Part shown: in pieces, positions 40,090 through 50,000 of the stretch | How positions within the stretch are numbered: the first letter of the stretch is position 1 | Layout of the letters: every line of letters begins with the position of its first letter | Source: a bacterium | GTDB lineage: Bacteria; Patescibacteriota; Minisyncoccia; Phycocordibacterales; SBAW01 | NCBI GenBank assembly: GCA_005239955.1 | Contig: SBAW01000011.1 | Coordinates: 6,924 to 70,923, forward strand | Reading direction: 5' to 3' | Length of the DNA: 64,000 nt | The notes under the pieces: model-generated | What the model saw: the letters and a program-made list of their open reading frames with translations, nothing else | Told to the model about the DNA's origin: nothing | Database searches by the model: none | Translations under genes and position numbers: made by a program

Positions 40090-40311
40090 ATGCATGTAAA
40101 GAAGGGAGACATGGTGGTCGTTACCACCGGCAAAGATAAGGGAAAAAGCGGAAAAATAATTCGCGCGTTCCCGCGTAAAGACCTCGTCCTTGTTGAGGGC
40201 ATCAATCTTCGCAAGAAGCATGAGCGCCCCCGCAAAACGAACCAGAAAGGACAGATTGTGGAGAAGGTAATGCCGATTCACGTCTCAAACGTTCGCAAGA
40301 AGAAAGAATAG
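40090..40311 (+). CDS. rplX: 50S ribosomal protein L24
   Basis: [23 protein letters not shown]… (KOW). Confidence 0.95.
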   Translation: MHVKKGDMVVVTTGKDKGKSGKIIRAFPRKDLVLVEGINLRKKHERPRKTNQKGQIVEKVMPIHVSNVRKKKE

Positions 40312-40324
40312 ACCGAAAATAGAT

Positions 40325-40864
40325 ATGGAACTCATTCAAGACAAACAAAAAAAAGCATTCGAAGCTCTCAAAGATCGCTTCCACTACCGCAACCCTATGC
40401 AAACCCCGCGCCTCCTCAAAGCGGTGGTGGCTGTCGGTGTGGGGTCCCTTCGCGATAAAAAGAAAATTGAACTCGTGGAAGACCGTCTTGCCAAGATTAC
40501 GGGGCAAAAAGCAGCGCCGCGCGGAGCCAAGAAAGCAATCGCAACATTTAAAACGCGTCAGGGAGACATTGTGGGGCTTCAGGTCACTCTTCGCGGCAAG
40601 CGCATGGAAGATTTCGTAAACAAACTCCTTCATATCGCACTGCCGCGCACTAAAGACTTCAAAGGGATAACTCCCGATATTGTGGACGTGGTTGGTAATG
40701 CAACGGTGGGCATCAAGGAGCACATCGTTTTCCCCGAAACCTCTGATGAAGAGCTTAAAGACGTCTTTGGCATGGGGGTCACGATTGTAACGACCGCCAA
40801 AAAACCAGAGGAAGCAAAAGCGTATCTCGAATACCTCGGGTTCCCCTTCAAAAAGAAGCAATAA
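40325..40864 (+). CDS. rplE: 50S ribosomal protein L5
   Basis: …NPMQTPRLLKAVVAVGVG…. Confidence 0.95.
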   Translation: MELIQDKQKKAFEALKDRFHYRNPMQTPRLLKAVVAVGVGSLRDKKKIELVEDRLAKITGQKAAPRGAKKAIATFKTRQGDIVGLQVTLRGKRMEDFVNKLLHIALPRTKDFKGITPDIVDVVGNATVGIKEHIVFPETSDEELKDVFGMGVTIVTTAKKPEEAKAYLEYLGFPFKKKQ

Positions 40865-40868
40865 TCGC

Positions 40869-40896
40869 AAAAAACGGCCCCAGGCCGTTTTTTGTT
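40869..40896 (+). terminator. terminator hairpin AACGGCC-CCA-GGCCGTT + T6 immediately after rplE
   Basis: 7-bp GC stem flanked by A5 and T6. Lies inside the spc operon before rpsZ. Confidence 0.55.
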
Positions 40897-41070
40897 TGAC
40901 AAGGGAGAAGCGAAAAAGTAGTATGAGCGCCAAGCACAGCGAGTGCTTTTTTGTTTGAACTGCGTAGTGTGGGTACGGGTATCTCGCCCTCCCGAAGCGT
41001 GCAGCTCAGACAAGTTCGCGGCAGGTAAGAATAGAACCCGAGGGAAACTTCCGGCGGGTTCACATCCATC

Positions 41071-41256
41071 ATGGCAAAGACATCTGTCATAGTTCGCAGT
41101 AAACGCAAACCCAAATTTAAATCGCGGGTTGTTCGCCGCTGCTTTAAGTGTGGGAGGAAGCGTAGCTACATGCGCGACTTTGATATGTGCCGCATTTGTT
41201 TCCGTGAACTCGCAAACGAAGGCATGATACCGGGTATTAAGAAATCCTCATGGTAA
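41071..41256 (+). CDS. rpsZ: 30S ribosomal protein S14 type Z (zinc-binding)
   Basis: 61 aa, CxxC…CxxC ([23 protein letters not shown]). Confidence 0.95.
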   Translation: MAKTSVIVRSKRKPKFKSRVVRRCFKCGRKRSYMRDFDMCRICFRELANEGMIPGIKKSSW

Positions 41257-41642
41257 GCGATACGATTGGAGATCTCATAAACCACCTTAAAACTGCGAAC
41301 CGCGCGGGGAAGCAGATGGTTTCCGTACCCTACTCCGGCCATCGTCTTGCCGTGGTGAAACTTCTCGCGAAAGAAAAATATATCGCGAGCGCCACGAAGC
41401 GTGGCAAAAAGGTGCGCAAATACATTGACGTTGAACTCGCCTACGATGGTGAGTCGCCCCGCATCAATGGTGCGCGTCGCATTTCACGCCCCTCACGCCG
41501 TCTCTACCGCTCTGCGCGAGAGCTTCGACCAGCTGCCGGAGCTCATCGCATTACAGTACTCTCAACACCAAAAGGCATTCTCACTGACCGCGACGCCAAA
41601 AAGCAAAGTGTCGGCGGCGAAGTTATGTTTGAAATGTGGTAA
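41250..41642 (+). CDS. rpsH: 30S ribosomal protein S8
   Basis: [16 protein letters not shown]…. Confidence 0.95.
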   Translation: MVSDTIGDLINHLKTANRAGKQMVSVPYSGHRLAVVKLLAKEKYIASATKRGKKVRKYIDVELAYDGESPRINGARRISRPSRRLYRSARELRPAAGAHRITVLSTPKGILTDRDAKKQSVGGEVMFEMW

Positions 41643-41644
41643 CC

Positions 41645-42178
41645 ATGAGTCGTATCGCAAAAAAACCTATTGTAGTCCCTCAAGGCGTAACGGTGACCGT
41701 TGCGGGAGGAAATGTTTCGGTGAAAGGACCGCAAGGAGAACTCTCGCGCCCCCTTCACCCCGATATGGCTGTCGCGGTTGCCGAGGGAGCCGTTTCGGTA
41801 ACGCCTCATGTTGAGACGAAGCGCACCAAAGCACTCTGGGGAACGACAGCCGCTCATATCAAAAATATGCTGGAGGGTGTTGTGAAGCCCTATGAAAAGC
41901 GCCTCCTCATCGAGGGCGTGGGGTATCGCTGGGAAGTGGCGGGCACGAAGATGAATCTTTCGCTCGGTTTCTCTCACCCCGTCTCAGTTGAAATTCCGAA
42001 AGGACTTAAGGTAACGATTGAGAAGGGAGTTTTGGTTATTGCAGGCATCGACAAAGATGTGGTCGGACAATTTGCCGCAAACATTCGCGCCCTCAAAAAG
42101 CCGGAGCCGTATAAGGGCAAGGGTATTCGCTACAGCGACGAGGTCATTCGCCGCAAGCAAGGTAAGAAGACAGCCTAG
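41645..42178 (+). CDS. rplF: 50S ribosomal protein L6
   Basis: MSRIAKKPIVVPQGVTV…. Confidence 0.95.
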   Translation: MSRIAKKPIVVPQGVTVTVAGGNVSVKGPQGELSRPLHPDMAVAVAEGAVSVTPHVETKRTKALWGTTAAHIKNMLEGVVKPYEKRLLIEGVGYRWEVAGTKMNLSLGFSHPVSVEIPKGLKVTIEKGVLVIAGIDKDVVGQFAANIRALKKPEPYKGKGIRYSDEVIRRKQGKKTA

Positions 42179-42192
42179 CTGTCAAAATTGAT

Positions 42193-42549
42193 ATGGCACA
42201 AACAATTTCACAAAAAAAGAAGGCCTCGAGGGAGCGACGACACAAGAAAATTCGCACGCGTGTCCGTGGTACAGCCGAAAAACCTCGTTTGTCAGTATTT
42301 AAATCCAATCGTCGCATCGTCGCACAGCTCATTGACGATGAACGGGGAGCAACGATTGTCGCCACCCACGTGGCAGGGGCGAAAGGCAAAAATAAAACGC
42401 AGGCAGCCAAGGATGCAGGGATGGAGCTTGCGAAACAAGCACTTGCGAAGGGCATCAAGGTGGCAGCGTTTGATCGGGGCGGCTTTCGCTACACCGGTCG
42501 CATTGCCGCATTTGCCGATGGTGCGCGAGAAGGAGGGCTCAAAGTATAA
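42193..42549 (+). CDS. rplR: 50S ribosomal protein L18
   Basis: …RKKIRTRVRGTAEKPRLSVFKSNRRIVAQLIDD…. Confidence 0.95.
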   Translation: MAQTISQKKKASRERRHKKIRTRVRGTAEKPRLSVFKSNRRIVAQLIDDERGATIVATHVAGAKGKNKTQAAKDAGMELAKQALAKGIKVAAFDRGGFRYTGRIAAFADGAREGGLKV

Positions 42550-42555
42550 ACGTAT

Positions 42556-43125
42556 ATGAACGACACAGCACAAAACACACCAAAGCCGGTAGAGACGAAA
42601 GAGGCTCCTCGTACTCGTTCAGACGGGCGTGGAGGAGAGCGCCGTGGTGGACGCCCCGAGCGCGGCCGCCGTACGCCTCGCCCTGAGCGCGCGAGAAGCG
42701 AGTACGATCAAAAGATGATTTCTATTCGTCGCGTTGCCCGCGTGGTTGCCGGCGGCCGCCGCTTCAGTTTCTCTGTCGCGATGGTGCTTGGTGACCGCAA
42801 GGGGAAGGTAGGGGTAGGCTTAGGGAAAGGGGGCGACACCGCGCTCGCAATTGAAAAAGCAACTCGCGATGCAAAGAAAAATATGATCAAAGTGCGTCTC
42901 ACCAAAGACAGCTCCATCGCACATTCGGTCTACGCAAAATACGCCGCTTCGGAACTTTCCATGCTCCCGGTCAGGGGTCGCGGACTTGTTGCGGGAAGCT
43001 CGGTGCGCACTGTCCTCGATCTGGCTGGCATCACCAACATCTCAGCGAAACTCCTTACGCGCAGCAAGAACCCCGTCAATAATGCGCACGCTACCATCAA
43101 GGCACTTCGCGGCCTTAAAGCGTAA
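42556..43125 (+). CDS. rpsE: 30S ribosomal protein S5 (Arg/Gly/Glu-rich N-terminal extension)
   Basis: Core …ISIRRVARVVAGGRRFSFSVAMVLGD… Followed directly by rplO; no rpmD (L30) in between. Confidence 0.95.
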   Translation: MNDTAQNTPKPVETKEAPRTRSDGRGGERRGGRPERGRRTPRPERARSEYDQKMISIRRVARVVAGGRRFSFSVAMVLGDRKGKVGVGLGKGGDTALAIEKATRDAKKNMIKVRLTKDSSIAHSVYAKYAASELSMLPVRGRGLVAGSSVRTVLDLAGITNISAKLLTRSKNPVNNAHATIKALRGLKA

Positions 43126-43137
43126 TTAATTACTTCC

Positions 43138-43608
43138 ATGCAGCTTCACGAACTCAAACGAACACACCCTCTCACCAAAAAGGTCCGTGTAGGCCGTGGT
43201 GGGAAGCGCGGGAAGACCTCCGGACGAGGCGGCAAGGGGCAGAGCGCGCGTGCCGGTAATAAAATTCGTCCCGCTATCCGCGACGTCATTAAGAAACTTC
43301 CGAAACTGCGAGGCTACCGTTTCAAGAGTTTCCGCTCTAAACCAGTAGTGGTCAATATTGCGGCACTGGAGAAGAAATACACGGCAGGAGAAGTCGTAAG
43401 CCCGCAGACGCTCGCAGCGAAAGGAATCATTGATATGCGAAAAGGGAGCACGTTCTCGGTGAAACTCCTCGGGGATGGGGAACTCACGAAGAAACTAAGC
43501 GTAGAAGGATGTTTTGTTTCTGGAAGCGCTCTGCAAAAAATAACCGCAGCCGGTGGAACCATAACCCCTCTCAATGGATCGGGTAGTAGAATTTCGGCTC
43601 GCACATAG
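43138..43608 (+). CDS. rplO: 50S ribosomal protein L15
   Basis: MQLHELKRTHPLTKKVRVGRGGKRGKTSGRGGKGQ…. Confidence 0.95.
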   Translation: MQLHELKRTHPLTKKVRVGRGGKRGKTSGRGGKGQSARAGNKIRPAIRDVIKKLPKLRGYRFKSFRSKPVVVNIAALEKKYTAGEVVSPQTLAAKGIIDMRKGSTFSVKLLGDGELTKKLSVEGCFVSGSALQKITAAGGTITPLNGSGSRISART

Positions 43609-43704
43609 TGCTGTTTAGTGTGAATCTGACCGAAGTCACCATCATGAACTTACACCACGAAACCGAATCAAGTAGAATCAACAAGCCGAAATTTCACTAA
43701 CCCG

Positions 43705-44976
43705 ATGGATACATTTCTCACCAAACTGAAGCTTCTTGTTACCGATACGACGCTCCGCAATCGGATCCTGTTTGTGCTCGGTGCCTTGGCGCTCTTTCGT
43801 GTGCTCGCGGCAATTCCCATTCCTGGCGTTAACGTTGCTCAGCTTGAACAATTCTTCGCCAATAACCAATTCCTGGGACTTCTTAATATTTTCTCGGGCG
43901 GCGGGCTCTCAAATCTCTCCATCGTCCTTCTCGGCGTTGGTCCCTACATCACCGCCTCCATCATCATGCAGCTTCTCACCATCATGATCCCGAAGCTCAA
44001 AGCGCTCTACCAAGAGGAGGGAGAAGCGGGACGCAAACGCTTTGCACAGTACTCGCGCCTCCTCACCCTTCCCATGGCGCTTCTCCAGGGGTTTGGATTC
44101 TTGGTTCTCTTTGAACGCCAAGGACTCGTGGATTCACTCGGGACATTTAACTTTGTCGTAAATCTCGGCATCATTACGGCAGGCTCACTTCTCCTTATGT
44201 GGATTGGTGAACTTATTTCGGAATTTGGTATTGGAAACGGCGTCTCGCTTCTCATCTTTGCTGGTATCGTGGCGAGCTTCCCACAAACCATAAGTCGGCT
44301 CGTCTTTTCCTTCGATGTTTCCCAAGTCCCGCTTTACCTCGGATTCCTCGTGGTGGGGCTCATTATTATTGGGGGGGTCGTTACCATGACCGAGGCTGAG
44401 CGCCCGGTTCCCGTGACCTACGCCAAGCGGGTGCGTGGCATGAGGGTGTATGGAGGTACTGCAACGTATCTTCCCCTTCGCGTCAATCAGGCGGGCGTTA
44501 TCCCGATCATCTTCGCACTCTCCATTCTTCTGTTTCCACAAATGATTTTCAACTTCCTTGCAGGCCTCAATATTCCGGCCATTAACGCCATTGCGACGAC
44601 CGTTCTCGCCGGACTCCAAAATAGCCTCGTCTATGGGCTCATCTACTTCATTCTGGTCTTCCTCTTTACCTACTTCTACACGGCAGTGACGTTTGATCCC
44701 GACACGATTGCCAATAATCTCCAGAAAAGTGGGGCATTTATTCCCGGCGTTCGTCCTGGTCCCTCAACTTCGCAGTATCTGGGGAACGTTCTTACGCGCA
44801 TTACGCTTGTGGGCGCGCTTTTCCTTGGCTTCATTGCGGTCCTGCCGATTGTGATGCAGTCCATAACCGGTATTCAAGCGCTGGCACTTGGTGGTACCGC
44901 GCTCCTCATCGTGGTGTCAGTGGTCTTGGACTTGGTACGAAGAATCGACGCTCAGATTTCGATCAGAGAATACTAG
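43705..44976 (+). CDS. secY: preprotein translocase subunit SecY
   Basis: 10-TM profile, conserved …LGVGPYITASIIMQLL… and …IPGVRPG… motifs. Confidence 0.95.
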   Translation: MDTFLTKLKLLVTDTTLRNRILFVLGALALFRVLAAIPIPGVNVAQLEQFFANNQFLGLLNIFSGGGLSNLSIVLLGVGPYITASIIMQLLTIMIPKLKALYQEEGEAGRKRFAQYSRLLTLPMALLQGFGFLVLFERQGLVDSLGTFNFVVNLGIITAGSLLLMWIGELISEFGIGNGVSLLIFAGIVASFPQTISRLVFSFDVSQVPLYLGFLVVGLIIIGGVVTMTEAERPVPVTYAKRVRGMRVYGGTATYLPLRVNQAGVIPIIFALSILLFPQMIFNFLAGLNIPAINAIATTVLAGLQNSLVYGLIYFILVFLFTYFYTAVTFDPDTIANNLQKSGAFIPGVRPGPSTSQYLGNVLTRITLVGALFLGFIAVLPIVMQSITGIQALALGGTALLIVVSVVLDLVRRIDAQISIREY

Positions 44977-45539
44977 GCTGCCCACTTTTTGTAGGAATCC
45001 AGGACAATAGCAATAACCTGCGCTAAATTGTTTTTCTTCGTGTCAACGAGGAGATCAAATGGCGAAGTGTCGGTGGTGTCGATACCATAAAGATTCATAT
45101 AGCGCTTGCGCTCACTGGTGACTCGAATATCAATATTCTTTCGAACTTCTTCGACTGATTGTGCCTCCTGACTCACACGGCCCTCCGTCACAATGTGATT
45201 ATAAATTCGCTCTGCCGCCGTATCGGGGTCAAGCGATAGATAAACCTTAAATGACTCAGGCATCCAATGGAAAGCGAGTCGTGAATCAATAACAAACTCA
45301 CTCTCTTCTCGCCCCATTTTTTGAAGCAGTTCGTCGACTTGATGATCGATCTCTTTCTGCTCTTCTGCGGTGAGATTAATCGCTTCAATGGAGAGCCCGC
45401 GCTCCTTTGCGATTTTCCGAAAAAGGTCCCCTGAAGAAAAATGACGAAACCCCAGTTTTTGTGCGACACCTTTGGCAGTTGATGATTTACCACTACCGAC
45501 CGCCCCCGCGAGCGTAATAATGCGCTTTTGATTTTCCAT
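44973..45539 (-). CDS. cmk: cytidylate kinase
   Basis: P-loop GAVGSGKSST, NMP-binding …FSSGDLFR…. Opposite strand between secY and adk. Confidence 0.75.
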   Translation of the reverse strand: MENQKRIITLAGAVGSGKSSTAKGVAQKLGFRHFSSGDLFRKIAKERGLSIEAINLTAEEQKEIDHQVDELLQKMGREESEFVIDSRLAFHWMPESFKVYLSLDPDTAAERIYNHIVTEGRVSQEAQSVEEVRKNIDIRVTSERKRYMNLYGIDTTDTSPFDLLVDTKKNNLAQVIAIVLDSYKKWAA

Positions 45540-45612
45540 AGACGTCGCGATTGTACCACGCTTCATCGTAAAAAACCTTGTTATTCTTAGGTTTCTTAGC
45601 TATAGTACCGCC

Positions 45613-46215
45613 GTGAACGCGCGAACCATCATCTTTATTGGCTCTCAAGGATCGGGGAAAGGAACCCAAGCGGATCTTCTCAAAGCCGCACTTGAAAAAT
45701 CATCTCCGAATTTTGCTGTTATGAAGCACGACACTGGTGCATCCTTCCGCGCCTTTTGTAAGGAACATCCCGGAAATTACACGGTGAAGATGGTTGAAGA
45801 GTCGCTCAATAAAGGCAATCTTCAGCCCTCTTTTCTTCCGATTTATCTCTGGACGAAAGATTTTATCGATCACCTGCGCGGAGAAAAAACACACGTTGTT
45901 ATCGACGGCTCGCCGCGCACCACGCTTCAAGCAGATACCCTTGATGAGGCTCTCACCTTCTATGGCCGAGAGAATGTCTCGGTCATATATCTGGTGCTAT
46001 CTCCAGATTTATCGGTAAAACGACTACTCTTGAGAGGTCGCGCCGATGACACCGAAGTCTCCATTCGTCGTCGTCTCGCGCTCTATGAGAAGCAAACCAA
46101 ACCAATCCTCGATTATTTCAAATCGCATCCGCGCTACGACATTCTTGAAATAAACGGCGATCAGACTGTCGAAGCAATTCACGCCGAAATCAAACAAAAA
46201 CTGGCACTGCCGTAA
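45613..46215 (+). CDS. adk: adenylate kinase
   Basis: P-loop GSQGSGKGTQ. LID and NMP regions recognisable. Confidence 0.85.
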   Translation: MNARTIIFIGSQGSGKGTQADLLKAALEKSSPNFAVMKHDTGASFRAFCKEHPGNYTVKMVEESLNKGNLQPSFLPIYLWTKDFIDHLRGEKTHVVIDGSPRTTLQADTLDEALTFYGRENVSVIYLVLSPDLSVKRLLLRGRADDTEVSIRRRLALYEKQTKPILDYFKSHPRYDILEINGDQTVEAIHAEIKQKLALP

Positions 46216-46275
46216 GAATGTTGTTAGTACGATATATCGTACTAATTCCACTTCTCAACTGGTGACACTAACACA

Positions 46276-47046
46276 ATGAGTATTCTCACGAAGAAAGAAG
46301 ATATTGCTGCCTTGCGTGAGGCGGGTCGGCGACTCGCACGCATTCTTGATGTGCTTGCGGGAGAAGTGAAACCGGGAGTGCGTGCCGTAGATCTTGATCG
46401 CAAAGCGCAGGCGCTTATTGAAGCAGGAGGCGATACGCCCGCCTTTTTAGGCTACACACCCTGGGGCGCAAAGCGCCCGTACCCGGCAACCCTCTGCGTT
46501 TCGATAAACGATGAAGTAGTGCATGGTATTCCCAACGAATCGGAAAAAATTCTCAAAGAGGGTGACATTGTTGCCCTCGACGTCGGTCTCGTCCATAAAG
46601 GCCTTTACGCAGATATGGCCACCTCGGTAGCGGTTGGGCATGTTGATGCGAAGAGTAAGAAGCTTATACAAGCGACAAAAGAAGCGCTTGATAAAGGCAT
46701 TGCCGCAGCAGGTCCGGGTGCCTACCTCGGCGATATTGGGGCGGCAATTGAGGCGGTCGCCAAGTCGTATGGTTTTCGTGTTGTTGAAGAGCTTGGCGGG
46801 CATGGCATTGGCAAAGTGCTTCACGATGAGCCGCATGTCCCCAATTACGGAGTGAAGGGAGAGGGAGTTGAGCTTGTGCCGGGTATGGCGCTTGCGCTTG
46901 AGCCGATTTTTAACGCGGGGAAGAAAGACGTGAAACTCATGCGCGATGGCTACACCTATAAAACAGTAGACGGTTCGCGTAGTGCCCATGTCGAGCATAC
47001 GATCCTCATAACTCCAAACGGTTCGGAAGTCGTCACAAAAATCTGA
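46276..47046 (+). CDS. map: type I methionine aminopeptidase
   Basis: Pita-bread fold motifs …DIVALDVG…, …GHGIG…HDEP…, …LEPIF…. Confidence 0.9.
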   Translation: MSILTKKEDIAALREAGRRLARILDVLAGEVKPGVRAVDLDRKAQALIEAGGDTPAFLGYTPWGAKRPYPATLCVSINDEVVHGIPNESEKILKEGDIVALDVGLVHKGLYADMATSVAVGHVDAKSKKLIQATKEALDKGIAAAGPGAYLGDIGAAIEAVAKSYGFRVVEELGGHGIGKVLHDEPHVPNYGVKGEGVELVPGMALALEPIFNAGKKDVKLMRDGYTYKTVDGSRSAHVEHTILITPNGSEVVTKI

Positions 47047-47060
47047 GATATAATTAGAGA

Positions 47061-49829
47061 ATGGAAAAACGGGAGCGACTTCTCCCCACATCTCCTGAAG
47101 CGCGTGCGGAGCTTGAGGCTCTTCGCGCTGAAGTAAAACGGCGCGAAGAGGCGCTCCGTCTTGAGGGTGAACGGGAACCACGCTCTCAAGCAGTAAAAGA
47201 GACCGTTGCGGCTGTACGCGAACCTATCGCAAAGGATATCCCCGCGCCGGAGGGTATTGTGCTCAAACTCTCTCCGGAGGTACATGATACCCGCATGGGA
47301 GAACTTATCGGAGTGCTCCAGGAAAAGGGTATCAAAAAAGCATTCGAGGAAGTACTCTCAACCCGAAATCCGCATCTTATCGACGACTTCCATCGCGTCC
47401 TCGTAGAGTATCTCCACGAAGGGCACCCATCAGATATCGCGCCGCGAAGTAGGGCGGGCCGGGAACTCGCCATGGTCCTCTACGAAGTGTCGCTTCCTGA
47501 AGTTGCGAAGAAAGAAGAGCAGGAGAAAAAGCCCCTCAAAGAGCTCGTCTCCTCTATGGAGCAGTTTTATCAAGGCATGATTGCGGTTGGGGGAGGAGGG
47601 GGCTCGCACCACTTTTCCATTGAACTTGCGGTCCCCAACAGCGGCGAGCGCCTCTCCTTTTACGTCGCCGTTCCTCGGGAGAAAGTAGAGCTCTTTGAAA
47701 AGCAGATTGTATCCATTTTCCCGCACGCAAAAATTCGCGTCCATCAAGACGATTACAACATTTTCAATGAAGAGGGAAGTACGGTTGGCGCTGAAGCAAC
47801 GTACGGGAAGCGCATGATTTTTTCACTCAAAGGCTACGACGAGTTTGATTACGATCCCCTCAACGCCATTCTCTCCTCGTTTGCCAAACTCGCGAAGGTA
47901 GGTGAAGGGGCTGCCATACAACTCGTCGTAAGCCCGCGGCGCGGCGACTGGTATTTACGCAAATTCCAGCACGCGCTCCACCGCATCCATCGGGGAGTTA
48001 TCTTCCAGCGTGCAACCGATGTTCGGACCTCTTTCCTCGGGCAATTGTGGGTTGGTTTTAAGGATTTCTTCTTTAACGATAAACGCAAACGCCACAGCCA
48101 GTATGAGGAGGGCATGGATCAGGCTGATAAAAAGAAAGCGGAGAACATTGAGAAAAAAACCAGTAGCCCCATCGTTCTCGCAAACCTCCGCATTCTTGTC
48201 TCAACGTCCTCAGTTGGCCGCAGCCGCGCCGTCCTTGCCGATCTTGCCGCAAGCTTCAACCAATTTGAGGACACTTTTGGCAACAAGCTCTATTTCAACG
48301 AGTACTCGGGCGGGAGGCTGCGAAAACTTGCGCAAGATTTTATCTTTCGGCGGTTCACGAGGGGTTCTGCGCTTCCGCTTTCAACCAAAGAAGCGACGAC
48401 CATGATCCACTTCCCGCCGATTGGCATTGAAACTGCGCCTGAGCTCAAACAAGCAAAAGCGGGAGTCGCAGCAGCTCCTGTTGAGATTCCTCAAGAAGGG
48501 GTGCATCTTGGCGTCAATAAGTTTCGCGCAAAAGACACGCAAATTTATCTCACACCCCCCGATCGCCTGCGGCATTTTTATGTTATTGGTCAAACCGGTA
48601 CCGGCAAATCGACACTTCTTAAAAATATGGTTATTCAAGATATCGAGGCAGGGAAGGGGGTGTGCATGATTGATCCTCACGGCACCGATATTGTGGAAGT
48701 GCTCTCGCGCGTCCCCAAAGAGCGCTACGAGGATGTTATTTACTTTGATCCAGCGGCAACGGAGCGTCCCATGGGACTTAACATGCTCGAGTACGACACG
48801 CGCTTCCCTGACCTCAAGACGTTTGTGGTGAACGAAATGTTCGGCATCTTTAAGAAGCTCTACAAAGATGTGCCCGAGAGCATGGGTCCCCTCTTTGAGC
48901 AGTATTTCCGGAACGCTACGATGCTCGTCATTGAAGATCCCGAAACAGGCTCAACCCTTCTTGATATTTCTCGCGTCATGGCAGACGCGGATTTCCGTGC
49001 GCTGAAACTTTCCCGCTGCAAAAATCCCATTGTCATTCAGTTTTGGCGCGACATTGCTGAAAAAACGGGCGGCGAACACGCGCTTCAGAATATGGTGCCG
49101 TGGATCACCTCAAAGTTTGATGTGTTCCTCAGTAACGACATCATGCGCCCGATTGTGGTTCAAGAAAAATCAGCCTTCAACTTCCGCGAGATTATGGATG
49201 ACAAGAAAATCCTCTTAGTAAATCTTGCCAAAGGACGCCTCGGTGATATTAATGCCAACCTCCTTGGTCTCATTATTGTGGGGAAGATCCTTATGGCGGC
49301 GCTGTCGCGCGTTGATTCCTTTGGGAAAGAGTTGCCGCCGTTTTATCTCTACATCGACGAGTTCCAGAACTTTACGACTGATTCCATTGCTACCATTTTC
49401 TCTGAAGCCAGAAAGTACGGCCTCTCGCTTACCGTGGCGCATCAGTTTATCGCGCAGCTTGAGGAAAAAATTCGCGATGCGGTATTTGGGAACGTGGGGT
49501 CGCTCTGTTCCTTTCGTGTTGGTCCCGAGGATGCCGAGTTTCTGGAAAAACAATTCGGACCGACCTTTACAAAAAACGACATTATGAATCTTGATAACCA
49601 CAACGCATATGTACGTCTCCTGGTTCGCGGCAGACCCGAGAAACCATTTAACTTCGAAACACTTCCTTTCTCGGTGGGGAACCTCGCGACTGTTGACAGC
49701 CTCAAAGAGTTGTCGTATCTTAAATACGGCCGAAGTCGGAGCGAAATCGAAGCTGAAATCTCTGCTCGATACGAAGATCGATCAGTGCTTGATGAGCTCG
49801 ACGAGACACCTGCCATGGGCATTCAGTAA
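47061..49829 (+). CDS. TraD/VirD4/TraG-type coupling-protein-like AAA (DUF87/HerA-like) ATPase, 922 aa
   Basis: Walker A FYVIGQTGTGKSTLLKNMVIQDIEAGKGVCMIDPHGT (DUF87/TrwB pattern), Walker B …LYIDEFQNF…, …EARKYGLSLTVAHQFIAQL… (TraG-D_C-like). Long unique N-terminal half. Confidence 0.6.
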   Translation: MEKRERLLPTSPEARAELEALRAEVKRREEALRLEGEREPRSQAVKETVAAVREPIAKDIPAPEGIVLKLSPEVHDTRMGELIGVLQEKGIKKAFEEVLSTRNPHLIDDFHRVLVEYLHEGHPSDIAPRSRAGRELAMVLYEVSLPEVAKKEEQEKKPLKELVSSMEQFYQGMIAVGGGGGSHHFSIELAVPNSGERLSFYVAVPREKVELFEKQIVSIFPHAKIRVHQDDYNIFNEEGSTVGAEATYGKRMIFSLKGYDEFDYDPLNAILSSFAKLAKVGEGAAIQLVVSPRRGDWYLRKFQHALHRIHRGVIFQRATDVRTSFLGQLWVGFKDFFFNDKRKRHSQYEEGMDQADKKKAENIEKKTSSPIVLANLRILVSTSSVGRSRAVLADLAASFNQFEDTFGNKLYFNEYSGGRLRKLAQDFIFRRFTRGSALPLSTKEATTMIHFPPIGIETAPELKQAKAGVAAAPVEIPQEGVHLGVNKFRAKDTQIYLTPPDRLRHFYVIGQTGTGKSTLLKNMVIQDIEAGKGVCMIDPHGTDIVEVLSRVPKERYEDVIYFDPAATERPMGLNMLEYDTRFPDLKTFVVNEMFGIFKKLYKDVPESMGPLFEQYFRNATMLVIEDPETGSTLLDISRVMADADFRALKLSRCKNPIVIQFWRDIAEKTGGEHALQNMVPWITSKFDVFLSNDIMRPIVVQEKSAFNFREIMDDKKILLVNLAKGRLGDINANLLGLIIVGKILMAALSRVDSFGKELPPFYLYIDEFQNFTTDSIATIFSEARKYGLSLTVAHQFIAQLEEKIRDAVFGNVGSLCSFRVGPEDAEFLEKQFGPTFTKNDIMNLDNHNAYVRLLVRGRPEKPFNFETLPFSVGNLATVDSLKELSYLKYGRSRSEIEAEISARYEDRSVLDELDETPAMGIQ

Positions 49830-50000
49830 ATCCGCTCGGCAATTTCCCTCAAAAGCACACATATTTCGTTGCTACGAAATTGCTCCGCTCGCGCCGTCGC
49901 GCTCCGCGAGGCTTTTTAGTGAAACAGCCTCACTCTGGTGTGAAGACAAGAGATGCCTGATAAACTAAGCTAATTAACCTCTCCACTGTTTGAAACGAAT

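Noticed and set aside
40202-40933. 243-aa - strand ORF spanning rplX-rplE
   Set aside because: Antisense to two ribosomal protein genes; low-complexity translation.
46447-47181. 244-aa - strand ORF opposite map
   Set aside because: Shadow ORF of the methionine aminopeptidase gene.
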